From Candidatus Woesearchaeota archaeon (lineage in GTDB: Archaea; Nanobdellota; Nanobdellia; Woesearchaeales; ARS49): a stretch of DNA of 24,000 nucleotides. Every line of letters starts with the position of its first letter. Positions within the stretch are counted from its first letter, which is position 1. A program made the translations under genes and the position numbers. Positions 14,963 to 22,591 of the stretch are shown here, piece after piece. The DNA is taken from positions 246,845-270,844 of the forward strand of contig JAHWHZ010000001.1 in the NCBI GenBank assembly GCA_019322895.1, given 5' to 3'. The notes beneath the pieces are model-generated. The model saw only the letters and a program-made list of their open reading frames with translations. It did no database searches and had not been told where the DNA came from.

Positions 14963-16495
14963 ATGGTGGAGGCAAAGCAGGAACTCAAGGACCTATATTC
15001 TAAAATGGTTAAAAGCGGTTTTATAGAGCCTTCTGTGCTTGAACATTTGATAGACACTGGAAAAACAAAAGGATATTTGACCGGGGATCAGTGCGTAGAT
15101 GCATTGAACTATGAAAAAGGAGATCCTTCTGAATGCCTGAGTCACCTGATTGAATATACTTCAATTGCAGGAATTGAAATTGTTGATGCGGCGCCAAAAA
15201 CAAGAGCGCCTAAAACTGCTTCCAAAGCAGCAAAGCATCCGCCTAGGAAAAAACAATCAGCAGATTTTATTCTGCAGATATATTTGCGTGAAGTGGGAAG
15301 TTATCCGCTTCTCAAAAAGGAAGATGAAATGCGGCTTGCAAAAGACTTTCGCAAATATAAAAAAGTATTATTGGCCAGATTCTGCAGGGTGCCTTGGTAT
15401 GTTGAAAAGATTGGGGAGCGATTTAAAGAGATTGCAGAGAAAAGAATCTCACCGGTCTACACACTGATTTATCCAAAGAAAGACGAGGAAAACGTCAAAG
15501 AAAGGATAAAGACGTATTCAAAGACGTATGAAAAGATCGATGAAACAGTAAAAACATTGCGCAGAAAATTGAAAAGAACGCAGAATAAAAAGAAAAAAGA
15601 AGAAATATTCTGCGCAATCCAAAGGAAAAAAAGAAATTTGCTGCACCTGATTAATGAGTTTAATTTCCAGTCAGAATTTATGGCCGAAATATTCAAACAA
15701 CTGCCGATTATTTCTGGAAAACAGGCTAAAGATGCAAGGATTCTCCAGAAAGCCTGGCAAAAATACAAAAGCATAGTGTCTGAAGTTTGCGAAGGAAATC
15801 TTCGGCTTTCTGTGAAGATTGCAAGAAAACATCGAAATAAAGGTGTTTCTTTTTTTGACTTGATTCAAGCAGGCAATATCGGGATAATCGCTGCTTTGGA
15901 AAGATATGATCCTGCCAGGGGTGTCAGGTTTGGAACATTTGCGTACTGGTGGATTGAGCAAAAAATCAAGAGAGAGATTCAAGAGCATTCCAGTACAGTA
16001 AGGGTTCCTGCACATGCACGAGACTTTTTGCGCAAATACCGGCATACAGCAAAGCAGCTTTACAGCAGGCTAAGCAGGACGCCGAGCATAGATGAAATCA
16101 TGAAAGAAGCAGGGATGTCTAAAAACGATCTTAAAACAATAAGATTGGCAGCCAGGCAGGCCATATCAATTGATGTGCCTGTTTCAATAGCAGAAGACAG
16201 CACAACCAGGGGAGCGATGATTGAAGCTCCTGAGAAAGACAGCCCTGATAAATACACAAACATTTTAGACGCAAGGAAAAAGATAATGCAAGTATTGGTT
16301 AAACATCTCAGTGAGCGGGAAAGAACCATAATCATACAAAGGTATGGCTTGAATGGCAGGCCAGCAAAGACATTGGATGCAATCGCTGATTTTTATGAGG
16401 TTAGCAGAGAACGAATTCGGCAGCTTGAAAAAAGAGCCATAAAAAAGCTGAAAGTTCCTATAGTACAAAAAAAACTTGAAGACTTGCTTGATTAA
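14963..16495 (+). CDS. rpoD: Bacterial-type primary RNA polymerase sigma-70 factor (RpoD-like, regions 1.1, 1.2, 2, 3 and 4)
   Basis: I chose ATG 14963; the longer ORF from 14867 reads through the tRNA-derived repeat. Region 1.2 is QIYLREVGSYPLLKKEDEMRLAK. Region 2 is GNLRLSVKIARKHRNKGVSFFDLIQAGNIGIIAALERYDPARGVRFGTFAYWWIEQKIKREI. Region 3 is STVRVPAHARDF, and region 4 is LSERERTIIIQRYGL...TLDAIADFYEVSRERIRQLEKRAIKKLK. Confidence 0.85.
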   Translation: MVEAKQELKDLYSKMVKSGFIEPSVLEHLIDTGKTKGYLTGDQCVDALNYEKGDPSECLSHLIEYTSIAGIEIVDAAPKTRAPKTASKAAKHPPRKKQSADFILQIYLREVGSYPLLKKEDEMRLAKDFRKYKKVLLARFCRVPWYVEKIGERFKEIAEKRISPVYTLIYPKKDEENVKERIKTYSKTYEKIDETVKTLRRKLKRTQNKKKKEEIFCAIQRKKRNLLHLINEFNFQSEFMAEIFKQLPIISGKQAKDARILQKAWQKYKSIVSEVCEGNLRLSVKIARKHRNKGVSFFDLIQAGNIGIIAALERYDPARGVRFGTFAYWWIEQKIKREIQEHSSTVRVPAHARDFLRKYRHTAKQLYSRLSRTPSIDEIMKEAGMSKNDLKTIRLAARQAISIDVPVSIAEDSTTRGAMIEAPEKDSPDKYTNILDARKKIMQVLVKHLSERERTIIIQRYGLNGRPAKTLDAIADFYEVSRERIRQLEKRAIKKLKVPIVQKKLEDLLD

Positions 16496-16496
16496 C

Positions 16497-16790
16497 TTAT
16501 TTTTTCTTAAAATCAAACTTCTTCCGTATCGTTAATATGACTAATCCGTGCTTTTCTATGTCTTCTTTGCTGTAGAATTTCTCAACATCTTTAGTGTTGA
16601 ATTTATACAATACTTCGCACTCTATCTCTCTGCCAGTAAGATCGTCACTTCCTTGTTTTTGCTCCTTTAAAACCAAAATATCTCCGTGTTCGCAATCAAA
16701 ATCAGCTAACCTGACCTCAAATCTTTTTCTGCCTTCTACTATTGCATCAAAATACTCTTTTTGTACTTTTTTCTCAACTTTTTTTGTCAT
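16497..16790 (-). CDS. ASCH/PUA-like small protein (DUF3850-like)
   Basis: KEYFDAIVEGRKRFEVRLADFDCEHGDILVLKE...LTGREIECEVLY follows the DUF3850/ASCH pattern (YFxAxxxGxKxFExRxxD...GDxLxLxE...TGR). Its ATG overlaps the ligase stop (TAATG). Confidence 0.55.
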   Translation of the reverse strand: MTKKVEKKVQKEYFDAIVEGRKRFEVRLADFDCEHGDILVLKEQKQGSDDLTGREIECEVLYKFNTKDVEKFYSKEDIEKHGLVILTIRKKFDFKKK

Positions 16791-18550
16791 TATCCTCTAC
16801 CTCTCTGCATATCATAAAGCATCTCAACTTCTTCTAATGTATTGATGTCACCCACTCCTCTATCTTCTCTTAATTTGACAAACCTTGGAAACCGCAGTGC
16901 AAATCCTGATTTATAAGTTGGGCTTGCTTGTATCTCTTCATAATCAACTTCAATGACTATCTCTGGTTTTACATGAACTATCTTTCCTTCTTCTTTTATG
17001 ATCAACGGTTTTAGCATCTCTGTCAATTGCCCGAAGCTCACTCCTTCTTCTGCTTTTTCTTTTATTCCTGTCCCCACTCTTCCAATCTCTAGTAATTCAT
17101 CTGTATCAGGATCTCGTATAGCAACAATAAAGCTGGCCAGCCATTCTGATCTCTTGCCTTCCCCATACTCCGCTCCAACAATGACTACTTCTAAAGTATC
17201 CATTGTCGGCTTTAATTTAACGCCGTAACCCACGCGAGACCCTGGCTTGTAAATTCCAGAAAGATTCTTTATCATGACTCCTTCATTTCCTGCGTCAAGT
17301 GATTTTTGATAGAATTCTTCTGCTTCTTTTTCATCTGAAGTGATGAGCTGCACAGCTGGTTTTATGCTCATTTCAACAGGCGTTACAATCTCTTCAACAA
17401 TCTTGCGCCTTTCAGAAAAAGGTGCCTTTATCATGTTTTCTCCATTAAAGTAAATCACATCAAAGACATCAAGCTCTACTGGAAATTTTTCAGCCATGGA
17501 GGCAATGTCATATTTTCTTTTGATTCTCTGCGAAATGTTCTGGAAGGCAGTGTATTTCTTTGACTTAACATCATAGCCAACTGCTTCTGAATCAATGATA
17601 AAAGAGTCTCCAGAAACATTCTCCTGAACAAATTTAACTACATCAGGAAATTGTTTTGTCACTTCATCCAGTCTGCGCGTAAATAACCAAATCTTCTCTT
17701 TGTGTTTATGTATCTGTAATCTAAATCCATCATACTTGTATTCAAATGCAGCGGGCTTACCGACTGTCTCAAAGGCTTCCGGCAAATTTTTGACTTTTTG
17801 ATAGAGCATCACTTTCACCGGCTTCCCTGGCTCCAGGTTTATTTCTTTCAGTCCAGACAGGCCTTTTTTTGCTTTCTTGACAACAAGTGCAAAATCATTT
17901 GCAATGTCGCAGGCTTCTTGCACTGCATCAGCATATGAATTATACTTTTCTCTGTCTTCCAGGACCAGCTTGTTGTTCTCTTGGTCATAAGTAAAATCTA
18001 TCTCTTTGCCGAAGAAAGCCCACACAATCGCATCTCTTATAGTTCCTGCTCCCAGTCCAACTCTCAAATCCTCAAGAACTGTTCTAATTATATACTTGGC
18101 CTCTTTTGGCTTTGCGCTTGTCAATAATTCAGCGATTAGTTTTACTTTCTTGTCAACTGTCCCTGCTCCTTCTATTGTTGCCTGTTTCTGCAGGTTTTCA
18201 AAGACCTTATCAGTTGTCAGCTCTTTAGCAAATAGTGTTGCTTGTTTTTTTCTTGAAATAAGATTTTCTGCTGTCTGTCCAAGATCTCCTGTTTTTTTCC
18301 AGTCTTTTTCTATCTCTGCAATATCAATCCCTGATGCAATGTTGATTGCTTTCAATAAAAGCCGTGCTGCCATGCCTATCTTTCTTTCATCCCATGCAGG
18401 AAACACTTTTCCCTGAACCAGCAGCATTACTGTATCAGTATCTTTATCTGAGACTATTTTCAGGAACTCTGAAAGATAGAAAGTCTTTTCCAGCCGTTTG
18501 GATGTCTGCTCTAGCTGCTCATACACCCCCACTAAATCCCAGTATTTCAT
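16790..18550 (-). CDS. lig: ATP-dependent DNA ligase
   Basis: Adenylation motif I FEYKYDGFRLQIH, then FIIDSEAVG, EGVMIK, YKPGSRVGYGVKLK and an OB-fold C-terminus ending FALRFPRFVKLREDR. At 586 aa it is typical of archaeal LigA-type (Lig1-like) enzymes. Confidence 0.9.
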   Translation of the reverse strand: MKYWDLVGVYEQLEQTSKRLEKTFYLSEFLKIVSDKDTDTVMLLVQGKVFPAWDERKIGMAARLLLKAINIASGIDIAEIEKDWKKTGDLGQTAENLISRKKQATLFAKELTTDKVFENLQKQATIEGAGTVDKKVKLIAELLTSAKPKEAKYIIRTVLEDLRVGLGAGTIRDAIVWAFFGKEIDFTYDQENNKLVLEDREKYNSYADAVQEACDIANDFALVVKKAKKGLSGLKEINLEPGKPVKVMLYQKVKNLPEAFETVGKPAAFEYKYDGFRLQIHKHKEKIWLFTRRLDEVTKQFPDVVKFVQENVSGDSFIIDSEAVGYDVKSKKYTAFQNISQRIKRKYDIASMAEKFPVELDVFDVIYFNGENMIKAPFSERRKIVEEIVTPVEMSIKPAVQLITSDEKEAEEFYQKSLDAGNEGVMIKNLSGIYKPGSRVGYGVKLKPTMDTLEVVIVGAEYGEGKRSEWLASFIVAIRDPDTDELLEIGRVGTGIKEKAEEGVSFGQLTEMLKPLIIKEEGKIVHVKPEIVIEVDYEEIQASPTYKSGFALRFPRFVKLREDRGVGDINTLEEVEMLYDMQRGRG

Positions 18551-18592
18551 CGAAAAGAATATATATCAGGTCTGTTTAAAAAAGTTTCGAGG

Positions 18593-19225
18593 ATGGAAAC
18601 ATTAGATTGTATCACTTTAAGAAGAAGCGTCAGGAAATACAAGGATGTTCCTGTTGAGTTTGAAAAAATAGGCAATATTCTAAATGCTGCAAGACTGGCG
18701 CCAAGCGCAGGCAATGTGCAGGACTGGAGATTCATTCTTGTCACAAAAGAAGATGCAAGAAAAAAGATTGCAGAAGCCTGCCTTCACCAGCTCTGGATGC
18801 AGGATGCTCCAGTGCATATCGTAGCTGTTGGGCACCCAAAAAAAGTAGGAACTTTTTATGGTGAAAGAGGAGAGAAAGTTTATTGCAAGCATAATTGCGG
18901 CGCTGCAGTAGAGAATATTCTTTTGGCAGCAACTGCGCAGGGTCTTGGCTCTTGCTGGGTTGGTGCTTTTGAAGAAGCCATGCTCAGGAAAGCGCTGAAC
19001 ATCCCTGCAGATGCTGCTCCGCAGGCAGTTATCACAATCGGTTATGCTAAAGAAAAACCAAGGATGCCAAGAAAGTTCAAGCTTGAAAACATCACTTTTA
19101 TCGAGCAATATGGCAACAGGATCAAGGATATCTCAGCTTATTTTGGTTATTATTCAGAGCATGTTCAGAGGGCATTAAAGAAAGGCAAAGAGATGTTCAA
19201 GAAAGTTTTAGAGAAGAAAAAATAG
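18593..19225 (+). CDS. Nitroreductase-family oxidoreductase
   Basis: RRSVRKYKDVPVE...ILNAARLAPSAGNVQDWRFILV and GLGSCWVGAF are nitroreductase-fold signatures. Confidence 0.75.
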   Translation: METLDCITLRRSVRKYKDVPVEFEKIGNILNAARLAPSAGNVQDWRFILVTKEDARKKIAEACLHQLWMQDAPVHIVAVGHPKKVGTFYGERGEKVYCKHNCGAAVENILLAATAQGLGSCWVGAFEEAMLRKALNIPADAAPQAVITIGYAKEKPRMPRKFKLENITFIEQYGNRIKDISAYFGYYSEHVQRALKKGKEMFKKVLEKKK

Positions 19226-19313
19226 CAGTATAGTTTTTAAAATATATGTTGGACTATAAAAATATTTATATACTTCATTAATAAACAAAAGAAATATTAA
19301 TTTTAAACATGAG

Positions 19314-19425
19314 TTTTGGCGAACCCAGTTTAAAGTTAGCGTAAATATTTTGGCGAAATACTAATTTGGCGTTTAGTATTAGTTGAACGAATATGATTTC
19401 TCACAGATAAATTTGTTGGCGCAAA
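19314..19425 (+). promoter_or_regulatory. Array of four same-strand TTGGCG boxes (TTTTGGCGAA x2, TTTGGCGTT, TTGGCGCAAA) upstream of ftsZ
   Basis: The TTGGCG cores start at 19316, 19350, 19366 and 19416. A degenerate fifth box, TGTGGCAAAA, lies at 19499-19508. The boxes are G/C-rich islands in a very A/T-rich 322-nt intergenic region. Confidence 0.5.
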
Positions 19426-19470
19426 CTTATCAAAACCCCTCGTTCTGGAGAAAATTAAACTCAACCCACA

Positions 19471-19478
19471 TATAAATA
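19471..19478 (+). promoter_or_regulatory. TATA-like box (TATAAATA) about 70 nt upstream of ftsZ, followed by a G-rich SD (AAAAGGGGGGAT)
   Basis: Read directly in the sequence. The spacing implies a leadered mRNA that uses the GGGGGGAT motif 6 nt before ATG 19548. Confidence 0.35.
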
Positions 19479-19547
19479 TTTCGCAAGTCGAATGGATATG
19501 TGGCAAAATATAGATTAAAAAACACAAAACCAAAAGGGGGGATATAA

Positions 19548-20615
19548 ATGGACGTAATATTAGAAAAAGCAAAACAAGCAGACATGAACCTAGACGGCCT
19601 GAAAGTAGGGCAGGCAAACATAAAAGTGATTGGTGCCGGGGGCGGCGGTAATAATATGGTTACCTGGCTCTATAAGAGAGGCATCAAAGGCGCAGAAATA
19701 ATTGCTTGCAACACAGACAAGCAGCATTTGAATGTTTCTGAAGCAGATAAAAAATTCATAATCGGCAAAGAATGCACCCGCGGACTGGGCTGCGGTGGCT
19801 TTCCTCAAAAAGGAGCAGAAGCTGCCCAAGAGAGCATTGCTGAACTAAAGACAGTGCTTAAGGGTGCAGATATGACTTTTGTTTGCGCGGGATTAGGAGG
19901 TGGAACTGGCACTGGTGCTGCACCAGTAATTGCCCAGCTTGCAAAAGACATGGGCTCTATTGTAATAGGTACAGTCACCATGCCGTTCAACATAGAACGC
20001 GCAAGGATTGAAAAAGCAGAATTCGGTCTTGAGCAATTAAGAAAATATTCTGACACTGTTATTGTTATTGACAATAACAGGCTGGTCACTATCGCAGGCA
20101 ACCTGCCGATACAGCAGGCATTTGCAGTAGCAAATGAATTGATTGCAACGATGATCAAGGGAATTGTCGAGACAATCGCAATGCCAAGCTTGGTAAATCT
20201 GGATTATGCAGACGTCAAGACAATAATGACAAATGGCGGCGTTGCTGCCATAGGTGTAGGAAGCTCTGACACAAACAACAGAGTAGAAGAAGCAGTCAAG
20301 GGCGCTTTGGAAAACCCTCTGCTTGATATAGAGTATGCTGGCGCAACAGGCGCATTGATACATATCAGCGGCGGACCTGACATGACTCTCGAGGAAATCA
20401 ATAAAGTAGGAGAGCTTGTCACAGAAAGCCTTGACGATGATGCCAATGTAATCTGGGGAGCAAGAGTAGGCGAAGAGATGAAAGGAAAGCTGATGGTGAT
20501 GACAATAATCACAGGCGTAAATTCACCTTGGATTATTGGAAAAGCCACTGAAACCAGCAAGGCTGCTGCAAAAGCAGAGCTTGAAGACGCATTAGGCATT
20601 GAAATCATAAACTGA
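19548..20615 (+). CDS. ftsZ: Cell division GTPase FtsZ
   Basis: IKVIGAGGGGNNMV, NTDKQHL and the tubulin signature GLGGGTGTGAAPVIA, followed by the IGTVTMPF segment. Confidence 0.92.
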   Translation: MDVILEKAKQADMNLDGLKVGQANIKVIGAGGGGNNMVTWLYKRGIKGAEIIACNTDKQHLNVSEADKKFIIGKECTRGLGCGGFPQKGAEAAQESIAELKTVLKGADMTFVCAGLGGGTGTGAAPVIAQLAKDMGSIVIGTVTMPFNIERARIEKAEFGLEQLRKYSDTVIVIDNNRLVTIAGNLPIQQAFAVANELIATMIKGIVETIAMPSLVNLDYADVKTIMTNGGVAAIGVGSSDTNNRVEEAVKGALENPLLDIEYAGATGALIHISGGPDMTLEEINKVGELVTESLDDDANVIWGARVGEEMKGKLMVMTIITGVNSPWIIGKATETSKAAAKAELEDALGIEIIN

Positions 20616-20727
20616 TGTTCACCCCCTTTGGTCTTTGGTGAACAGGTCGCTTGACCTGAGTGTGTTTTTCTTTGCCTTCATTATACCACCCCCAATCAAG
20701 TTTAGTGAAGGCAAAAAACGCAATTTG

Positions 20728-20762
20728 CCCCCGCGAGCCACACGCGCGGGGGACATTTTTTT
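20728..20762. terminator. All-G/C 8-bp hairpin (CCCCCGCG-agccacacg-CGCGGGGG) flanked by T-runs on both strands, between convergent genes
   Basis: On the plus strand the hairpin is followed by ACATTTTTTT (T7, 20756-20762). On the minus strand it is followed 9 nt later by TTTTTT (20713-20718). It lies between ftsZ (+) and the PDZ-protein gene (-). Confidence 0.45.
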
Positions 20763-20843
20763 ACAATTTATTCAATTATTCAGATTAACAATTAAAAGAA
20801 TACTTCTTAAAGGGTTTTAAAAGGAGGGGGTTTTTATAGAAAG

Positions 20844-21707
20844 TTATTTTATTTTTTTTATTCCTGATTCAATTAGTATTGGTTTTCCTTCTGGTGTGTA
20901 AACTATTTGTTCAAATGTAAAGAAACATTTTGTTTTTGGGCACATTTTCTGCATGGTAGCTATGCCAAGCCACGCCTTTCCAGTTTGTTCACCTAATGTG
21001 AGGTCATATGTTCTTTTATCAGTATGGATTATGAAACTTTGGTTAGGTTTTTTGTTTGCTAAAATTGTTGTTAATTCTTGTGAAGATGTTATGGTTTCTC
21101 CATAATCTACTTTAATAATTACTTCCCCAGGAGTTATCCCTGCCATTTCTGCCGGCGAGTTTGGCTGAACTTGTATTATTTGAACTCCACACGGCTCTTG
21201 CGGGCAGGATTGCACAAATAAAGCGCTTAATAATGCAACAAAAAGAACAAAGTATATCATTCGGGCTATTCCATTAAGAAATATTAGATAAAGTATTGCA
21301 ATTAATACATCTCTTTTGTTTCTTTTAAAGCGTTTTTGGAATAAGTGTTTATAGATATTAACAGTTGAACATACAAGCAAATGTGTTGAATAAAAAGCAA
21401 CAAATACTCCTATTAGTGCAGTTACTATATAAAACAGACCATACAAGAAATTAATATTTAATATGCTTAATATATCTGAAAAATCTGTTTTTAGCTTAAA
21501 AACAGCCCACCATACAGTAGATATAGCAAACAAAATAAGGACTGCTATTAATCTATTTTTAGTAAATTTATGAAATTCTTTAGAGGTATATCTATAAATC
21601 AAATAATAGATAAAAATAAGTAATATGTAGAATACAAATGCGCCGATATGCCACATATTAGGGATTACTGCTGTTTTTATCGGAAGTAATGATCCTGCGA
21701 TATCCAT
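20844..21707 (-). CDS. Polytopic membrane protein with C-terminal PDZ domain (start uncertain: ATG 21707 preferred, TTG 21797 is the longest ORF)
   Basis: The PDZ block is GVQIIQVQPNSPAEMAGITPGEVIIKVDYGETITSSQELTTIL, and several N-terminal hydrophobic helices precede it. No HExxH motif is present, so I do not call it a site-2 protease. TTTAAATA lies 22 nt upstream of ATG 21707. The gene is visibly more A/T-rich than its neighbours. Confidence 0.55.
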   Translation of the reverse strand: MDIAGSLLPIKTAVIPNMWHIGAFVFYILLIFIYYLIYRYTSKEFHKFTKNRLIAVLILFAISTVWWAVFKLKTDFSDILSILNINFLYGLFYIVTALIGVFVAFYSTHLLVCSTVNIYKHLFQKRFKRNKRDVLIAILYLIFLNGIARMIYFVLFVALLSALFVQSCPQEPCGVQIIQVQPNSPAEMAGITPGEVIIKVDYGETITSSQELTTILANKKPNQSFIIHTDKRTYDLTLGEQTGKAWLGIATMQKMCPKTKCFFTFEQIVYTPEGKPILIESGIKKIK

Positions 21708-21829
21708 GAAGCTAATTTTATGTTTAAGATATTTAAAGCTTTGGAAATTTAAAATATTCCCAATTCCTAAGAGAGATAAAACTATCTCAGAACCCAACCT
21801 TTTTAAACCCGGATTCTATTTAACATAAT

Positions 21830-22591
21830 ATGACACTATACTTCATAGGACTTGGATTAAATGACGAGAAAGACATCACAGTAAAAGGTCTTAATCTTGT
21901 CAAGAAAGCAGATGTTGTCTATCTAGATAACTACACTGCTGTCCTTAACTGTCCTGTCAGCTATCTTGAGAAGCAATATGAAAAGAAAATCATTCTTGCA
22001 GACAGGGATATGGTTGAGAAGAATCCTGAGAAAACAATATTAAAAGATGCAAAAGACAAGAATGTTGCTTTTCTTGTTGTCGGCGATCCTTTTGGAGCAA
22101 CAACACATATGGATTTGTTGATGCGTGCAAAAAAAGCAGGAATCAAGACTCAGATTGTCCATAATGCCTCAATAATCTCTGCTGTCGGAGTCACAGGATT
22201 GCAGGTTTACAAGTTTGGCAAGACAACAAGCATCCCGTTTCCTGAAAAAGGCTTTGAGCCAGAAACTCCTTATGATGCAATTAAAGAGAATCAAAAGATC
22301 TGCCTGCATACATTATTGCTTCTGGACTTAAGGCCTAAAGAAAACAAGTTCATGACAATCAATGATGCAATAAACACTCTCTTGAAGATTGAGCTCAAAA
22401 GAAACGAGAAAGTCTTTACAAGAGACACTTTCTGCATCGGTTGTGCAAAGATTGGCTCTCTTGACCAAAAAATTAAAGCAGGAAAAGCTTCTGAGTTAAT
22501 GAAAGCTGATTTTGGCCCTGGCCTGCACTGCCTGATTGTTCCAGGAAAGCTGCATTTTGCTGAGGAAGACGTTGTTAATCGGTTCTATTAA
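21830..22591 (+). CDS. dph5: Diphthine synthase (Dph5)
   Basis: LYFIGLGL...DITVKGL, VVYLDNYT, VAFLVVGDPFGATTH and SAVGVTGLQVYKFG form the tetrapyrrole-methylase fold typical of Dph5. Confidence 0.85.
   Translation: MTLYFIGLGLNDEKDITVKGLNLVKKADVVYLDNYTAVLNCPVSYLEKQYEKKIILADRDMVEKNPEKTILKDAKDKNVAFLVVGDPFGATTHMDLLMRAKKAGIKTQIVHNASIISAVGVTGLQVYKFGKTTSIPFPEKGFEPETPYDAIKENQKICLHTLLLLDLRPKENKFMTINDAINTLLKIELKRNEKVFTRDTFCIGCAKIGSLDQKIKAGKASELMKADFGPGLHCLIVPGKLHFAEEDVVNRFY

Noticed and set aside
19226-19547. Replication origin hypothesis for the A/T-rich region with repeated boxes upstream of ftsZ
   Set aside because: No orc1/cdc6 gene is adjacent. The boxes do not resemble ORB/mini-ORB elements as I remember them. 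All are in one orientation rather than inverted around an unwinding element. A promoter-regulatory array is the simpler reading.
20635-20820. 61-aa ORF in the ftsZ / PDZ-gene spacer
   Set aside because: It is composed of the hairpin arms and T-runs of the terminator-like region. It has no ribosome-binding site and an implausible sequence.
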